The notes under the pieces are model-generated. The model searched no databases and was not told where the DNA came from. It worked only from the letters and a program-made list of their open reading frames with translations. From Thermoleophilia bacterium (GTDB taxonomy: Bacteria; Actinomycetota; Thermoleophilia; RBG-16-64-13): 64,000 bases of DNA. The stretch is taken from positions 2,447 through 66,446 of the forward strand of contig JAOAGT010000005.1 of NCBI GenBank assembly GCA_026415615.1, written 5' to 3'. Numbering within the stretch: position 1 is the first letter of the stretch; each line of letters begins with the position of its first letter. Below are positions 10,175 to 19,640 of this stretch, piece after piece. Made by a program: the position numbers and the translations under genes.

Positions 10175-11476
10175 CTAGCGCGAGTTCTTGCGCATTTGCT
10201 CGAGAAATTCCGCGTTGGAACGGGTTTCCTTAAGTTTCGCGATCAGGAGCTCGATCGCTGCATGAGGATCCAATGCATGGAGTACCGAGCGAAGTTTCCA
10301 GACCAGGGCAGCTTCCGCTGGCTCCATAAGAAGCTCTTCCTTGCGCGTCCCCGAGTTTTCAATGTCGATAGCCGGAAAGATGCGCTTGTTAGCCAGCTGG
10401 CGACTCAGCCGTACCTCCCAGTTACCGGTCCCCTTGAACTCCTCAAAGATGACCTCGTCCATGCGAGACCCGGTCTCCACCAAAGCAGTGGCTATGATGG
10501 TGAGCGAACCGCCTTCCTCGATATTGCGCGCCGCCCCAAAGAACTTTTTCGGCGGATAAAGGGCGGTTGAGTCAACGCCGCCGGAGAGAATTCGCCCGCT
10601 GGCTGGCGCCTGAAGGTTGTAGGCCCGCGCCATTCGAGTAAGTGAGTCAACCAGCACTACCACGTCTTTGCCCAACTCCACGAGGCGCTTGACCCGTTCC
10701 AAGACCAGCTCTACTACCTGAATATGATTCTCGCCTGGCTGGTCAAACGTGGAGGCGACCACCTCCCCGTTGACGGTCCGCTCCATGTCGGTAACTTCCT
10801 CGGGTCGTTCGTCGACCAGGAGAACCATGAGATGGACTTCGGGATTGTTCTTGGCAATCGAGTTGGCAATCTCTTTGAGCAAAGTCGTCTTCCCGGCCTT
10901 GGGCGGAGAAACAATCAGACCCCTCTGTCCCTTGCCCAGAGGGCTGATCAGGTCAAGCACTCGGCCGGAGATGTTCTCGGGACCGGTTTCCAGCCGCAGC
11001 CGCTCATTGGGGAAAAGTGGGGTAAGGGAGTCAAAAGTTGGCCGGTGGCGCGCTTGCTCAGGATCCATTCCATTTACCGACTGAATCTTGAGCAGCGCTT
11101 GGTATTTCTCGTTATCGCGCGGCATGCGCACTTGACCCGTTATCTCGTCTCCTCGACGCAGCTTGAAACGCCTGATCTGCGAGAGTGAGACGTAGATGTC
11201 AGAGTCGGACTGGGTATACCCCTGAGTGCGCAAGAACCCGTACCCGTCAGGCAGAATGTCCAACAGGCCGGTACGCAGATGAAGACCCCGGTCTTGGGAC
11301 TGCTCCTGCAGGATCTTCATGATCAGATCCTGCTTAGAGTACTTGCGGAAATTCTTGATCCCGAGCTCAGCCGCCACGATGTGCAAATCGGACATGAGCT
11401 TGGGTTCCAAGTCCACTACCGCTGATGTATTTGTTTCTAAAGTTGCCACGGTTTCGCTTCTTTCTTCTTCGCCCAC
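10175..11476 (-). CDS. rho: transcription termination factor Rho
   Basis: 433 aa. Has the N-terminal Rho_N helix pair (LHIVAAELGIKNFRKYSKQDLI), an RNA-binding OB domain, Walker A GLIVSPPKAGKTTLL and a RecA-type ATPase core. Confidence 0.97.
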   Translation of the reverse strand: MGEEERSETVATLETNTSAVVDLEPKLMSDLHIVAAELGIKNFRKYSKQDLIMKILQEQSQDRGLHLRTGLLDILPDGYGFLRTQGYTQSDSDIYVSLSQIRRFKLRRGDEITGQVRMPRDNEKYQALLKIQSVNGMDPEQARHRPTFDSLTPLFPNERLRLETGPENISGRVLDLISPLGKGQRGLIVSPPKAGKTTLLKEIANSIAKNNPEVHLMVLLVDERPEEVTDMERTVNGEVVASTFDQPGENHIQVVELVLERVKRLVELGKDVVVLVDSLTRMARAYNLQAPASGRILSGGVDSTALYPPKKFFGAARNIEEGGSLTIIATALVETGSRMDEVIFEEFKGTGNWEVRLSRQLANKRIFPAIDIENSGTRKEELLMEPAEAALVWKLRSVLHALDPHAAIELLIAKLKETRSNAEFLEQMRKNSR

Positions 11477-11546
11477 AGCTCTTCTTCTTTCCCTCTTTCC
11501 TCGTCGATTTTTACCCTACTGTCATTAGCTGACGCGTCAACAATCG

Positions 11547-12527
11547 CTAAACAAGAGAGGTGCACCTTACTACGTCCTTTTCGATAACGTCGTAAAGCGC
11601 GTCAACCACCAAGTTCACTGTTTCATCGATATTTACGTTCTCGATGATCAACGTGCCCTCGGCACGAGCGCGCTCCAGAATAAAATCTTGAATCTTTCTA
11701 ATTTCTTCGAAGTATTTGAGGTAGCGAGCAATAGCCCGCCGACCCGAGGTTTCCTGCTCTCGTACCAAGAAGTGACTACGATGAAGATCCGGATCACTCA
11801 CCGCAACCACCATAGCCAGAAGCACAACTTCCGACATACGTTCCCGGGCCCCTGAGTCGGCCAGCATGCCCGGTACGACGTGCACACCCTCTATTACTAG
11901 GCTTGTGCGTTCTTCTATGGCGCGGTCAAGAATCGCCAGAAGACCTACATTCACGACATCAACCTGCTCCATAAAACCTACCAGACCGTGGTCGAATTCC
12001 GAGCTAAGCGGAATCCGCACCGCCGTACCCGCCTCGTACGACGAATAATGCACTGCAGGCATTAGTCGCTGAGAGAAAAAGGCCCTCATGACCTCGCGTA
12101 TCGAATCCGTCGAAATAATCCTGATTACCCCCAACCGATCCGCGACCTGAGCGGCGATGGTGCTCTTGCCTACTCCAGTGGCCCCACCGATCATGATCAC
12201 AATCGGCTTGTCTTCGCGGGCTAGCCGATTCCACAAGCGGTATCGCCGTAGGTAAAGCTCGTACCCTTCGGCAGCAAGAACCGTCTCCACAAGTTCCCGC
12301 AGCTCTTCTACAGTAGCCTCCCGCGATAACCGCCTGAGAAGCCGGCGTTCCACGCCCTCAGCAACCTCGTAAGCTCGCTCAGGAGCGAGCCCGGTGGCCG
12401 TGAGTGTCGTGGCCAGCAACCCTTTAGAGAAGGGAACGCTGTGTCCTTCGCTAACGAGAAATATGGCTGAGTTCCTCCGGCGAGCCGGGCCAATTCCCGG
12501 CTCCCTGCTGGCCCTAGGCTGAGTCAC
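11547..12527 (-). CDS. 2-phosphoglycerate kinase (archaeal type)
   Basis: 326 aa. An N-terminal VPFSKGLL segment is followed by P-loop IMIGGATGVGKSTIAAQ and ISTDSIREVMR, the signature I associate with 2-phosphoglycerate kinase of methanogens. GTG start. Confidence 0.78.
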   Translation of the reverse strand: MTQPRASREPGIGPARRRNSAIFLVSEGHSVPFSKGLLATTLTATGLAPERAYEVAEGVERRLLRRLSREATVEELRELVETVLAAEGYELYLRRYRLWNRLAREDKPIVIMIGGATGVGKSTIAAQVADRLGVIRIISTDSIREVMRAFFSQRLMPAVHYSSYEAGTAVRIPLSSEFDHGLVGFMEQVDVVNVGLLAILDRAIEERTSLVIEGVHVVPGMLADSGARERMSEVVLLAMVVAVSDPDLHRSHFLVREQETSGRRAIARYLKYFEEIRKIQDFILERARAEGTLIIENVNIDETVNLVVDALYDVIEKDVVRCTSLV

Positions 12528-12532
12528 TTTAT

Positions 12533-13951
12533 CTATGCCCCCCGCTTGAACCTTTGAATCGCGAGCTCTGTTAGCTCCCCTACTAGGTCTGCGAGCGCCC
12601 CCGACGTCTCCCCCGCAGCCTCCACTGGGGTATTGTCCACGGGGATGACGGGCAACCCTCGCTTCGCAGCTTCCTCCGCCACAACGTCGATGGCAGCAGC
12701 CTTGATCTCTGTCAGAACCGCTTCCGCTGCAGCCATTTCCGGCCTGTGAAGATCCTCAACAAGAGCACCCCTTCGAGCAAGATTGCCCGAACAGAAAACC
12801 ACCACACATCCAAATTCCTCTTCCAGGTGAGCGCAAAGACGATGCGCCGGTCCAGCTGAAGCAGTCGTGAAAAAGGCTACCTTTCGCCCCCGTACGTCTT
12901 CCAGCGGGCGAGGGCGAAAAACCACCGGAAGCACGGGCATTTCCGGCCGCACCTTCCGAATCGCTCTAGACAGAGCCGCCACTTTTCTGCCGGTTGCCAT
13001 CGGCTCTTCGGCCATGGTCAACAGCACCGCGTCGCTAGTGAGAAGCCTATACGCGCCAAGGAGCCCCGCCACGTGCGCGACCGGCTGATGCGCGCCAGCG
13101 ACCAGTAGCCTCGCGTCCGTGGCCACTGGTGGATATGCCGCTCCGCTGCCCTCAAGCACCATGAAACCTGGGTTGAGACTGTTTGCCAACAGAACCCCTT
13201 CAACCACGTTTGACACGAAGGGCTCGCCCGCCATACCTCCCCCGCAACGTCGACAGCCTACCGTGACCACCTGGCTCAGAAGAGCGTCCTCGAAGTGATC
13301 CGACGCCGCATGTCTGCCTTGCCTACTAAGTGCAAGAAGCTCCTTGACCGTCAGTTCCTGCCGAGGCCAGTTGACTATCTCCGGCTCTGCTGGACCGCCG
13401 CGGCCCATAGCCACCACCACTACCGGCGGACCCGACACTATCCCGTTGACCTTGTCCTTGAGCGTCCTTGCTACATACCCGCTTACCGCTGTCTTACCTA
13501 CTCGCTTTCCTGTACCAACAATGGATAGCGAGGGACTGATACATAGACGAGCTGCTCTCGCAGGACTGAACTGAAAATCCGAACCAACGTAGCTTACGTT
13601 TCGCGCGAGACTTTCGCTGATTAGGCAGAAACGCTGTTCGTATCCTACCACTGGTTCATCACTTAGGTCAACGACAACCTCTGGCTGAAACTCCGCAAGT
13701 GCTCGCGCCAGACCAGCGCGGGGGTCGCGGTCAAACAACACAGGCACACCATACAGGCCAAGCGCCTCCGCCTCCAAATCGCCTGACTTGATCTTTTCTA
13801 GTCCCCCCAAAAACAGCGCCCCTTTGAACACGAAGCGATCCGCAAGAGAGCGCAGCGCATCCGCGACCACTTGCGGATAGTGCTCACCGTCAATGAGCGC
13901 GATTGCTGCTGGCCTTCTTTCAACAGGGGCAGTAAGTGAAGAAGAACTCAT
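12533..13951 (-). CDS. cyclic 2,3-diphosphoglycerate synthetase-like protein
   Basis: 472 aa. The N-terminus (IALIDGEHYPQVV) and the size match my recollection of the cDPG synthetase family. Stops 5 nt upstream of the 2-phosphoglycerate kinase gene. Needs HMM confirmation. Confidence 0.7.
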   Translation of the reverse strand: MSSSSLTAPVERRPAAIALIDGEHYPQVVADALRSLADRFVFKGALFLGGLEKIKSGDLEAEALGLYGVPVLFDRDPRAGLARALAEFQPEVVVDLSDEPVVGYEQRFCLISESLARNVSYVGSDFQFSPARAARLCISPSLSIVGTGKRVGKTAVSGYVARTLKDKVNGIVSGPPVVVVAMGRGGPAEPEIVNWPRQELTVKELLALSRQGRHAASDHFEDALLSQVVTVGCRRCGGGMAGEPFVSNVVEGVLLANSLNPGFMVLEGSGAAYPPVATDARLLVAGAHQPVAHVAGLLGAYRLLTSDAVLLTMAEEPMATGRKVAALSRAIRKVRPEMPVLPVVFRPRPLEDVRGRKVAFFTTASAGPAHRLCAHLEEEFGCVVVFCSGNLARRGALVEDLHRPEMAAAEAVLTEIKAAAIDVVAEEAAKRGLPVIPVDNTPVEAAGETSGALADLVGELTELAIQRFKRGA

Positions 13952-14775
13952 TGCTGTACGTCAAACTCCACAATGGTCTCGCAGCCGTGGAAAGGAAAAC
14001 AGCGCGAAATCTGCACGTGGCGGTCCGTGATTCTTATCACGTTGTAGCATGGCTTGGTATCCCCCCTGAGTCTGAGCGTGGCTACTGTTCCCGCATTCAC
14101 CACATACATATCTTGAAGACGCCAGGCATAGGGAACGTGCTTGTGGCCCGACAGCACGAGGTTTACGCCGCACTCTACGAGCACCTCAAGCACGTCACCG
14201 GCATCGTTCACAATATTGCGCTCCCTGCCGGTTCCAGGAACCGGCAAGAGGTGATGGTGCAGGACAAAAATCTTGAAATCCTCCGGTCGCTCCAGGAAGG
14301 CTTCCTTAATCCACGGATACCGGTGCCGGCCAATTCGTCCGTTGTCTAGGTCCGGCTCGCTCGAATCCACTCCAACCAGGGTCACTCCATTCTTGCGCAC
14401 CACCGACTCTCGGGTAGCGAACAAGCGCTCAAAGTGAGCATATCCCACATTGCGACTGTCGTGGTTTCCCGGAACTACAAGCACATCCGGACAATCCAAA
14501 CGATCTAGATATTCTTTAGCCACCCGATATTCCTGGCGGTAGCCCATGTCGGTCAGATCGCCAGTAACCACCACGACATCAGGCGCCAGATCATTGACTT
14601 CCACTAGGGCTCGATCCAGCAGGTTGGATACAAAATACTGGGAACCCGTATGGAGATCTGACAGGTGCGCTATCACGCACGACCGCGTGAACTCATGGCT
14701 TGCATCCATCCCCAACGTCCTTAGCGTACCTTTCTCGTCTTGATCCGGCGCCCCCACTTTGTTGTCCCAAGCCAC
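13948..14775 (-). CDS. metallophosphoesterase (calcineurin-like)
   Basis: Motifs HLSDLH, TGDLTD, PGNHD, VLHHH and SGHKH in canonical order. Its stop overlaps the start of the next gene (ATGA at 13948-13951). Confidence 0.85.
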   Translation of the reverse strand: MAWDNKVGAPDQDEKGTLRTLGMDASHEFTRSCVIAHLSDLHTGSQYFVSNLLDRALVEVNDLAPDVVVVTGDLTDMGYRQEYRVAKEYLDRLDCPDVLVVPGNHDSRNVGYAHFERLFATRESVVRKNGVTLVGVDSSEPDLDNGRIGRHRYPWIKEAFLERPEDFKIFVLHHHLLPVPGTGRERNIVNDAGDVLEVLVECGVNLVLSGHKHVPYAWRLQDMYVVNAGTVATLRLRGDTKPCYNVIRITDRHVQISRCFPFHGCETIVEFDVQQ

Positions 14776-14800
14776 CCAGACCGGAAATCCGACGGAAAAC

Positions 14801-16078
14801 TCAGATCACCCGCAGTACCATGGGATCACTCTTCACACATTCCAAAGCGCTGGTCTTATCGATCGCGGCAAAGAAGTCTTTTTCGCGAGTGGGATGCGTT
14901 ATCAAGACAAGCTCCGCTTCCGGCCCCCGGCCCTTTTGAATCATACTTGCAATGCTCACTTGATGCTCACCAAAGACTGAAGAAATCTGGGCAAGAACTC
15001 CAGCCCGGTCAACCACGCTCATCTTAATGAAGAAGGCCGACTCAACCTCGTCTGCCGGGTAGAAACCAAGATTCCTGTAACACGAGCAGGCCTGCAGGAA
15101 GCCTACATCTTTGGTGTTAGCAATGGAGATTATGTCAGCTACTACCGCCGTCGAGGTAGGCACTCCCCCCGCGCCGGGCCCCATTAGCATGATCTCGCCG
15201 ATAGCGTCCCCTCGGAGAAACACTGCATTGTTGGATCCACTAATCGAAGCAAGCGGGTGGTCCTTTGGGAGCAAGGCCGGGAATACGCGCACGCTAATGC
15301 GCTCGTCAATCAGCCGCGCAGCCCCTACCAGCTTGACAACAAAGCCCAACTCCTTGGCATAACGAACGTCATCCAACGTAATGTTCTCTATGCCGGAATA
15401 ACTGACATCGTTTAACGTCACCCGGGAATGAAACGCGATCGAAGCCAGGATCGCCATCTTGGCTGCTGCATCCAACCCCCCCACGTCGGCGGTAGGGTCA
15501 GCCTCGGCGTAGCCCAGCCTCTGCGCCTCGGCCAGAATCTCCCGGTAGTCGCCTTCCTCGTTATACATCCGGGTTAGGATGTAGTTGGTGGTGCCGTTTA
15601 CGATGCCGTACACAGTGTGGAGTCCGGCAGCAATCATGCTCTCCCGCATGACCTTGATAATGGGCACAGCGCCCGCAACAGAAGCCTCAAACCTAAGGTG
15701 CCGGCGCAAATCTCGCGCCAGTGTAAACAAAGCTTGACCGCGTGTAGCAATCAATTGCTTGTTGGCTGTAACCACATGCTTGCCTTTGCGCATGGCGGCA
15801 TCCAAGTACGTAAAGGCAGCATCGGTCCCCCCTATAACCTCGACAACAATTTCGATGCTGGGATCCTCGAGAATCTCACTAAAGTCAGTGGTAAATAACC
15901 CAGGCGGTGCGTCCGGAAAAACCTTCGCCGGGTCTATTTCCAGAATCTTGGCGACCTGGAGGTCGACGCCCGTCCCCTCCAGGATCCGATCGTGTTCCTT
16001 CTGTATCAGTTTGTAGGTGCTTGAACCGATGGTGCCAAAGCCCAAAAGGCCGATGCGCACTGTTCTAGTTTCCCACAT
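14801..16078 (-). CDS. hom: homoserine dehydrogenase with C-terminal ACT domain
   Basis: 425 aa with VRIGLLGFGTIGSS Rossmann motif, a catalytic domain and an ACT-like tail. Confidence 0.93.
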   Translation of the reverse strand: MWETRTVRIGLLGFGTIGSSTYKLIQKEHDRILEGTGVDLQVAKILEIDPAKVFPDAPPGLFTTDFSEILEDPSIEIVVEVIGGTDAAFTYLDAAMRKGKHVVTANKQLIATRGQALFTLARDLRRHLRFEASVAGAVPIIKVMRESMIAAGLHTVYGIVNGTTNYILTRMYNEEGDYREILAEAQRLGYAEADPTADVGGLDAAAKMAILASIAFHSRVTLNDVSYSGIENITLDDVRYAKELGFVVKLVGAARLIDERISVRVFPALLPKDHPLASISGSNNAVFLRGDAIGEIMLMGPGAGGVPTSTAVVADIISIANTKDVGFLQACSCYRNLGFYPADEVESAFFIKMSVVDRAGVLAQISSVFGEHQVSIASMIQKGRGPEAELVLITHPTREKDFFAAIDKTSALECVKSDPMVLRVI

Positions 16079-16105
16079 GAGTTCCCCCTCGCCGCGTGGC
16101 CGCTC

Positions 16106-17431
16106 TTACTGCCTAAGCGGACGGTGTTTCGCTACCAGGTCCGCATAAGTCTCGCGCTCTATAATCAAACGGGCTTCACCTTCTTTGACCAATACCACGG
16201 CCGGGCGCAGGTTGCCGTTGTAATTGGAGGCCATCGCATAGCAGTACGCTCCAGTGCCAGGTGTAACCAAGATATCCCCCGGTTCGGGGCGCGCTATCAC
16301 GGCGTCCTTAATTAAGATGTCACCGCTCTCGCAGTGTTTGCCCGCCACAGTAACCGTTGTATCAGCTGGTTGCTGGGCCTTGTTCGCAAGCATGCCTTCG
16401 TACCGCGCGCCATACAGCATGGGCCGGATGTTGTCGCTCATGCCCCCGTCCACGCTAACGTAAGTGCGCACACCGGGTATCTCCTTGATGGTGCCCACCC
16501 GATACGCAGTTACTCCAGCCTTGCCCACCAAAGATCTGCCCGGCTCAATAAGCACTCTAGGCATGGGCAGCCCAGCAGCGCGGACTTCCTCTCGCACTCC
16601 TTCCACCTTTACCCGGGCATAGTCCGCTATCGAAGACGGAGTGTCATCCTGTGTGTAGCGGATACCAAGTCCGCCGCCTACGTTGAGATAGCGGCATTCA
16701 AAGGAAAACGAAGCTCTAGCTTGCGCTACCAGCTGCACCAGGATCTCTATGGCTCGGCGATAGGCGTCCAACTGAAAGATCTGACTGCCTATATGAGCAT
16801 GAAGCCCCATCAACTCCAACGAAGGGGAACTCATAGCTCGCCGGATGGCCTCAAGAGCCAGCCCGTCTCCCAAGCCAAAACCAAACTTGGAATCCACTTG
16901 ACCGGTCTCAATATACGAGTGAGTGTGGGCCTCAACTCCCGGAGTTATGCGCAACAGAATCCGTTGTTTAGCGCCCCGCCTGGCCAATAACTCTTCCAGC
17001 AAGTCCAACTCTTGGAAGCTGTCAACAACGATGTAACCCACGCCTCCGTCAAGAGCGTATTCAAGCTCGTCACGCGTCTTGTTATTTCCGTGGAAGAAAA
17101 TCTTTTCCGGCGGGAAGCCCGCCAGTCTGGCCACGTGGTACTCTCCTCCCGAGGATACGTCGATGGAGAGACCTTCCTCGAGCATGAGCTGATTGATGGC
17201 CAAACAGGATATTGCCTTGCTCGCGTAGATGATTTCGAAGTCATCAGTATGTGCCGAAAAAGCGGACTTGTATCGGAGGCACTGGTCGCGGATTGTCGCT
17301 TCGTCATAGATGAGAAGCGGGGTCCCGAACCGCTCGGCCAACTCGACAACGTCGCAGCCGCCAATCTCCAGATGCCCGGCTGCGTTACAACACGCAGTAA
17401 TGGGGTAAACAAGGGTGTGAGTCAACGGCAT
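16106..17431 (-). CDS. lysA: diaminopimelate decarboxylase
   Basis: 441 aa, PLP-dependent alanine-racemase-fold decarboxylase (YASKA, HIGSQ, GGGLGI, CESGD motifs). Confidence 0.93.
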   Translation of the reverse strand: MPLTHTLVYPITACCNAAGHLEIGGCDVVELAERFGTPLLIYDEATIRDQCLRYKSAFSAHTDDFEIIYASKAISCLAINQLMLEEGLSIDVSSGGEYHVARLAGFPPEKIFFHGNNKTRDELEYALDGGVGYIVVDSFQELDLLEELLARRGAKQRILLRITPGVEAHTHSYIETGQVDSKFGFGLGDGLALEAIRRAMSSPSLELMGLHAHIGSQIFQLDAYRRAIEILVQLVAQARASFSFECRYLNVGGGLGIRYTQDDTPSSIADYARVKVEGVREEVRAAGLPMPRVLIEPGRSLVGKAGVTAYRVGTIKEIPGVRTYVSVDGGMSDNIRPMLYGARYEGMLANKAQQPADTTVTVAGKHCESGDILIKDAVIARPEPGDILVTPGTGAYCYAMASNYNGNLRPAVVLVKEGEARLIIERETYADLVAKHRPLRQ

Positions 17432-17497
17432 CCTCCTCGGTCCAAGAGCAAGCGTACGTTACCACAACCAGCGAGCTGATAGAATGGTAAACCGAGA

Positions 17498-17860
17498 ATG
17501 ACCCAAGAAACGCCCAACTTCTCGTACTATCGAGGGACTAAACCGCCTAGCTTTGCCACCCGCACAGAGCTAGAGGCGGCCAAGCTGTTTGACTATCATC
17601 GGATAGCCTGGGAATACGAGCCGCGCACTTTCGTACTGGAGCAGGACGAAAACGGCAACATTGTCGAAGCTTTTACCCCGGATTTCTATCTACCCGACCT
17701 TGATCTTTACGTCGAAGTGACCGAAATGAAGCAGTCCCTCGTCACAGCCAAAAACCGGAAGGTTCGTAAGCTGCGCGAGCTCTATCCTGGAGTAAGGATC
17801 AAACTTCTCTACCGTAGGGATTTTGTCCGGATGGCGCAGCGATATGGAATTAGACTCTAG
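17498..17860 (+). CDS. small hypothetical protein, possible PD-(D/E)XK nuclease-fold
   Basis: 120 aa. The segment FTPDFYLPDLDLYVEVTEMK resembles a PD...(D/E)xK motif. No family recognised with certainty. Confidence 0.45.
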   Translation: MTQETPNFSYYRGTKPPSFATRTELEAAKLFDYHRIAWEYEPRTFVLEQDENGNIVEAFTPDFYLPDLDLYVEVTEMKQSLVTAKNRKVRKLRELYPGVRIKLLYRRDFVRMAQRYGIRL

Positions 17861-18464
17861 AGCAACCGACAACAGTTTGGATGCCTTTCTGGAGGCACCC
17901 CAACCAGAACCTAGCGCCCGAGTGGGTGAGGTCTTTCTAGACCAGGAGACCATTGCCCGACGCGTTAGAGAGCTCGGCGCACAAATCACTGCAGATTATC
18001 AGGGTCAAGATCTCCTCCTGATCTCGGTGCTCAAGGGGGCAGTCTTCTTCATCGCCGACCTAGCGCGCGCAATCGATCTGCCAGTTGAAATAGACTTTCT
18101 CGCTATCAGCTCGTATTCCGAAGAACATGTGCACGCTGGAACTCGGGCCATTCGCTTCCTCAAGGACCTTGACCACCCCATCAAGAACCGCAACGTCCTT
18201 ATTGTGGAGGACATGATCGACTCGGGCCTCACGCTGCACTACATAATGCGGTCGTTAGTTTTGCGTCGTCCGCGCAGCCTGGAGATTTGCACCCTCCTTG
18301 ACCGGCCTCACCTCCGCCTTGTGGATTTACCAGTGCGGTACAGAGGGTTTGAAGTGCCGGATGACTTCTTTGTGGGCTACGGCTTTGACTTTCGCCAGCT
18401 CTACCGGAACCTGCCATATGTGGCTTATCTCGAGCTGGAACCGGAGCAACCCACATTGTTCTAA
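17844..18464 (+). CDS. hpt: hypoxanthine phosphoribosyltransferase
   Basis: PRPP motif VLIVEDMIDSGLTL and LLISVLKGAVFFIADL. Start uncertain: ATG 17844 overlaps the previous gene by 17 nt, and the ORF track gives 17823. Confidence 0.9.
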   Translation: MELDSRATDNSLDAFLEAPQPEPSARVGEVFLDQETIARRVRELGAQITADYQGQDLLLISVLKGAVFFIADLARAIDLPVEIDFLAISSYSEEHVHAGTRAIRFLKDLDHPIKNRNVLIVEDMIDSGLTLHYIMRSLVLRRPRSLEICTLLDRPHLRLVDLPVRYRGFEVPDDFFVGYGFDFRQLYRNLPYVAYLELEPEQPTLF

Positions 18465-18481
18465 TTTGCAGTCCACCCCGG

Positions 18482-19324
18482 ATGTCAACCCAGGTGACAG
18501 AAGTATGTTTCGCTTCGCAATGGCGGCCTAAGGAGGTGCGTACCCTGCGCATTCGCGGACGCCTTTACCTTCCACGTACAGACGCTGAGCAGGCCCCTGG
18601 GCTGGTAGTAGGACACGGAGCGGGAAGCAGAGCGACTCGTCACCACGATTTCTGTCAGGCGGCGTGCGAAGCAGGATTTGTTGTGTTGGCATTCGATTTT
18701 CGCGGACATGGTGAAAGCCAGGGTTGGGCTGATGGCCCGCTTGAACTGGATGTACTAGCCGCAGTGCAGTACTTGCGCGAACACCCCGCGGTCAACCCCA
18801 ATCTGATCTGCTACCGGGGATCGAGTATGGGCGGCTTCTACGGCCTTCGCGCCGCCCCAGAGGCTGGTTTCCTAGCCATGGCGCTGCTCTGCCCAGCTAG
18901 CGCCAAGGTCATGCTCACGGGGCTGGAAGAATCGCACAGCAAAAGTCGGCCGCACCAAGGAAACACGACCGGGCAGCAAGCCGCTCTCAGTCCCGAGCCC
19001 CAAGCTGGTCGAGGGCCCGAGCCCACACCAACCGACACGCCACGGGCTCGGTGGCGACGAGCCCTTCTGCGGCAATATTTCGAAAGAGAACTGTTGCGAA
19101 CACTCGGGGAGGGAGTCGGCTGTCCGGTGCTGATACTTCACGCCCGGGGTGACGATGTGGTGCCGCTCCAGGATTCACTGTTGCTAGCGGAGAATCTTAT
19201 GGGAGAGACCACAATGTGGATCTTCCCCGGAGGATCACACACATCGCTACAGCATGACCCCGTGGTACACCGCCTTACCGTCGAGTGGCTGCTCCGACAG
19301 GTGGATAGGGCGCGGACGCACTGA
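18482..19324 (+). CDS. alpha/beta hydrolase (dienelactone-hydrolase-like)
   Basis: 280 aa with FDFRGHGESQG and nucleophile elbow GSSMGG. Confidence 0.78.
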   Translation: MSTQVTEVCFASQWRPKEVRTLRIRGRLYLPRTDAEQAPGLVVGHGAGSRATRHHDFCQAACEAGFVVLAFDFRGHGESQGWADGPLELDVLAAVQYLREHPAVNPNLICYRGSSMGGFYGLRAAPEAGFLAMALLCPASAKVMLTGLEESHSKSRPHQGNTTGQQAALSPEPQAGRGPEPTPTDTPRARWRRALLRQYFERELLRTLGEGVGCPVLILHARGDDVVPLQDSLLLAENLMGETTMWIFPGGSHTSLQHDPVVHRLTVEWLLRQVDRARTH

Positions 19325-19359
19325 GACAGGGCAATCTCGTAGCAGGCATAAAAAAAGAG

Positions 19360-19432
19360 AGCGGAGTACGGGATTCGAACCCGCGACATCCAGCTTGGGA
19401 AGCTGGCACTCTACCAACTGAGTTAACTCCGC
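19360..19432 (-). tRNA. tRNA-Gly (anticodon CCC)
   Basis: Hand-folded cloverleaf: GCGGAGT TA ACTC AGTTGGTA GAGT G CCAGC TTCCCAA GCTGG ATGTC GCGGG TTCGAAT CCCGT ACTCCGC T. CCA is not encoded. Confidence 0.92.
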
Positions 19433-19606
19433 CCGTTGCCGGAGCGCCGGCGCGCTTGATGATAGCACAAATCGGACTCACCTGAAAATACCTATGCGGG
19501 GAAATCGCGGCCCTCGGTGACTCCCCGTCCGCCCGAAGCGGACATTCGTACGCTCCAACTGGATGCAAATAGCGACAAATTTGTTGGCACCTCGCTACGC
19601 TGACAC

Positions 19607-19634
19607 TTGACATGGCGGCAGGAAGGTCTACAAT
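19607..19634 (+). promoter_or_regulatory. near-consensus sigma-A promoter with no downstream + strand CDS
   Basis: TTGACA (19607-19612), 16-nt spacer, TACAAT (19629-19634). The next plus-strand protein gene is about 4 kb away. Confidence 0.5.
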
Positions 19635-19640
19635 AGGCTC

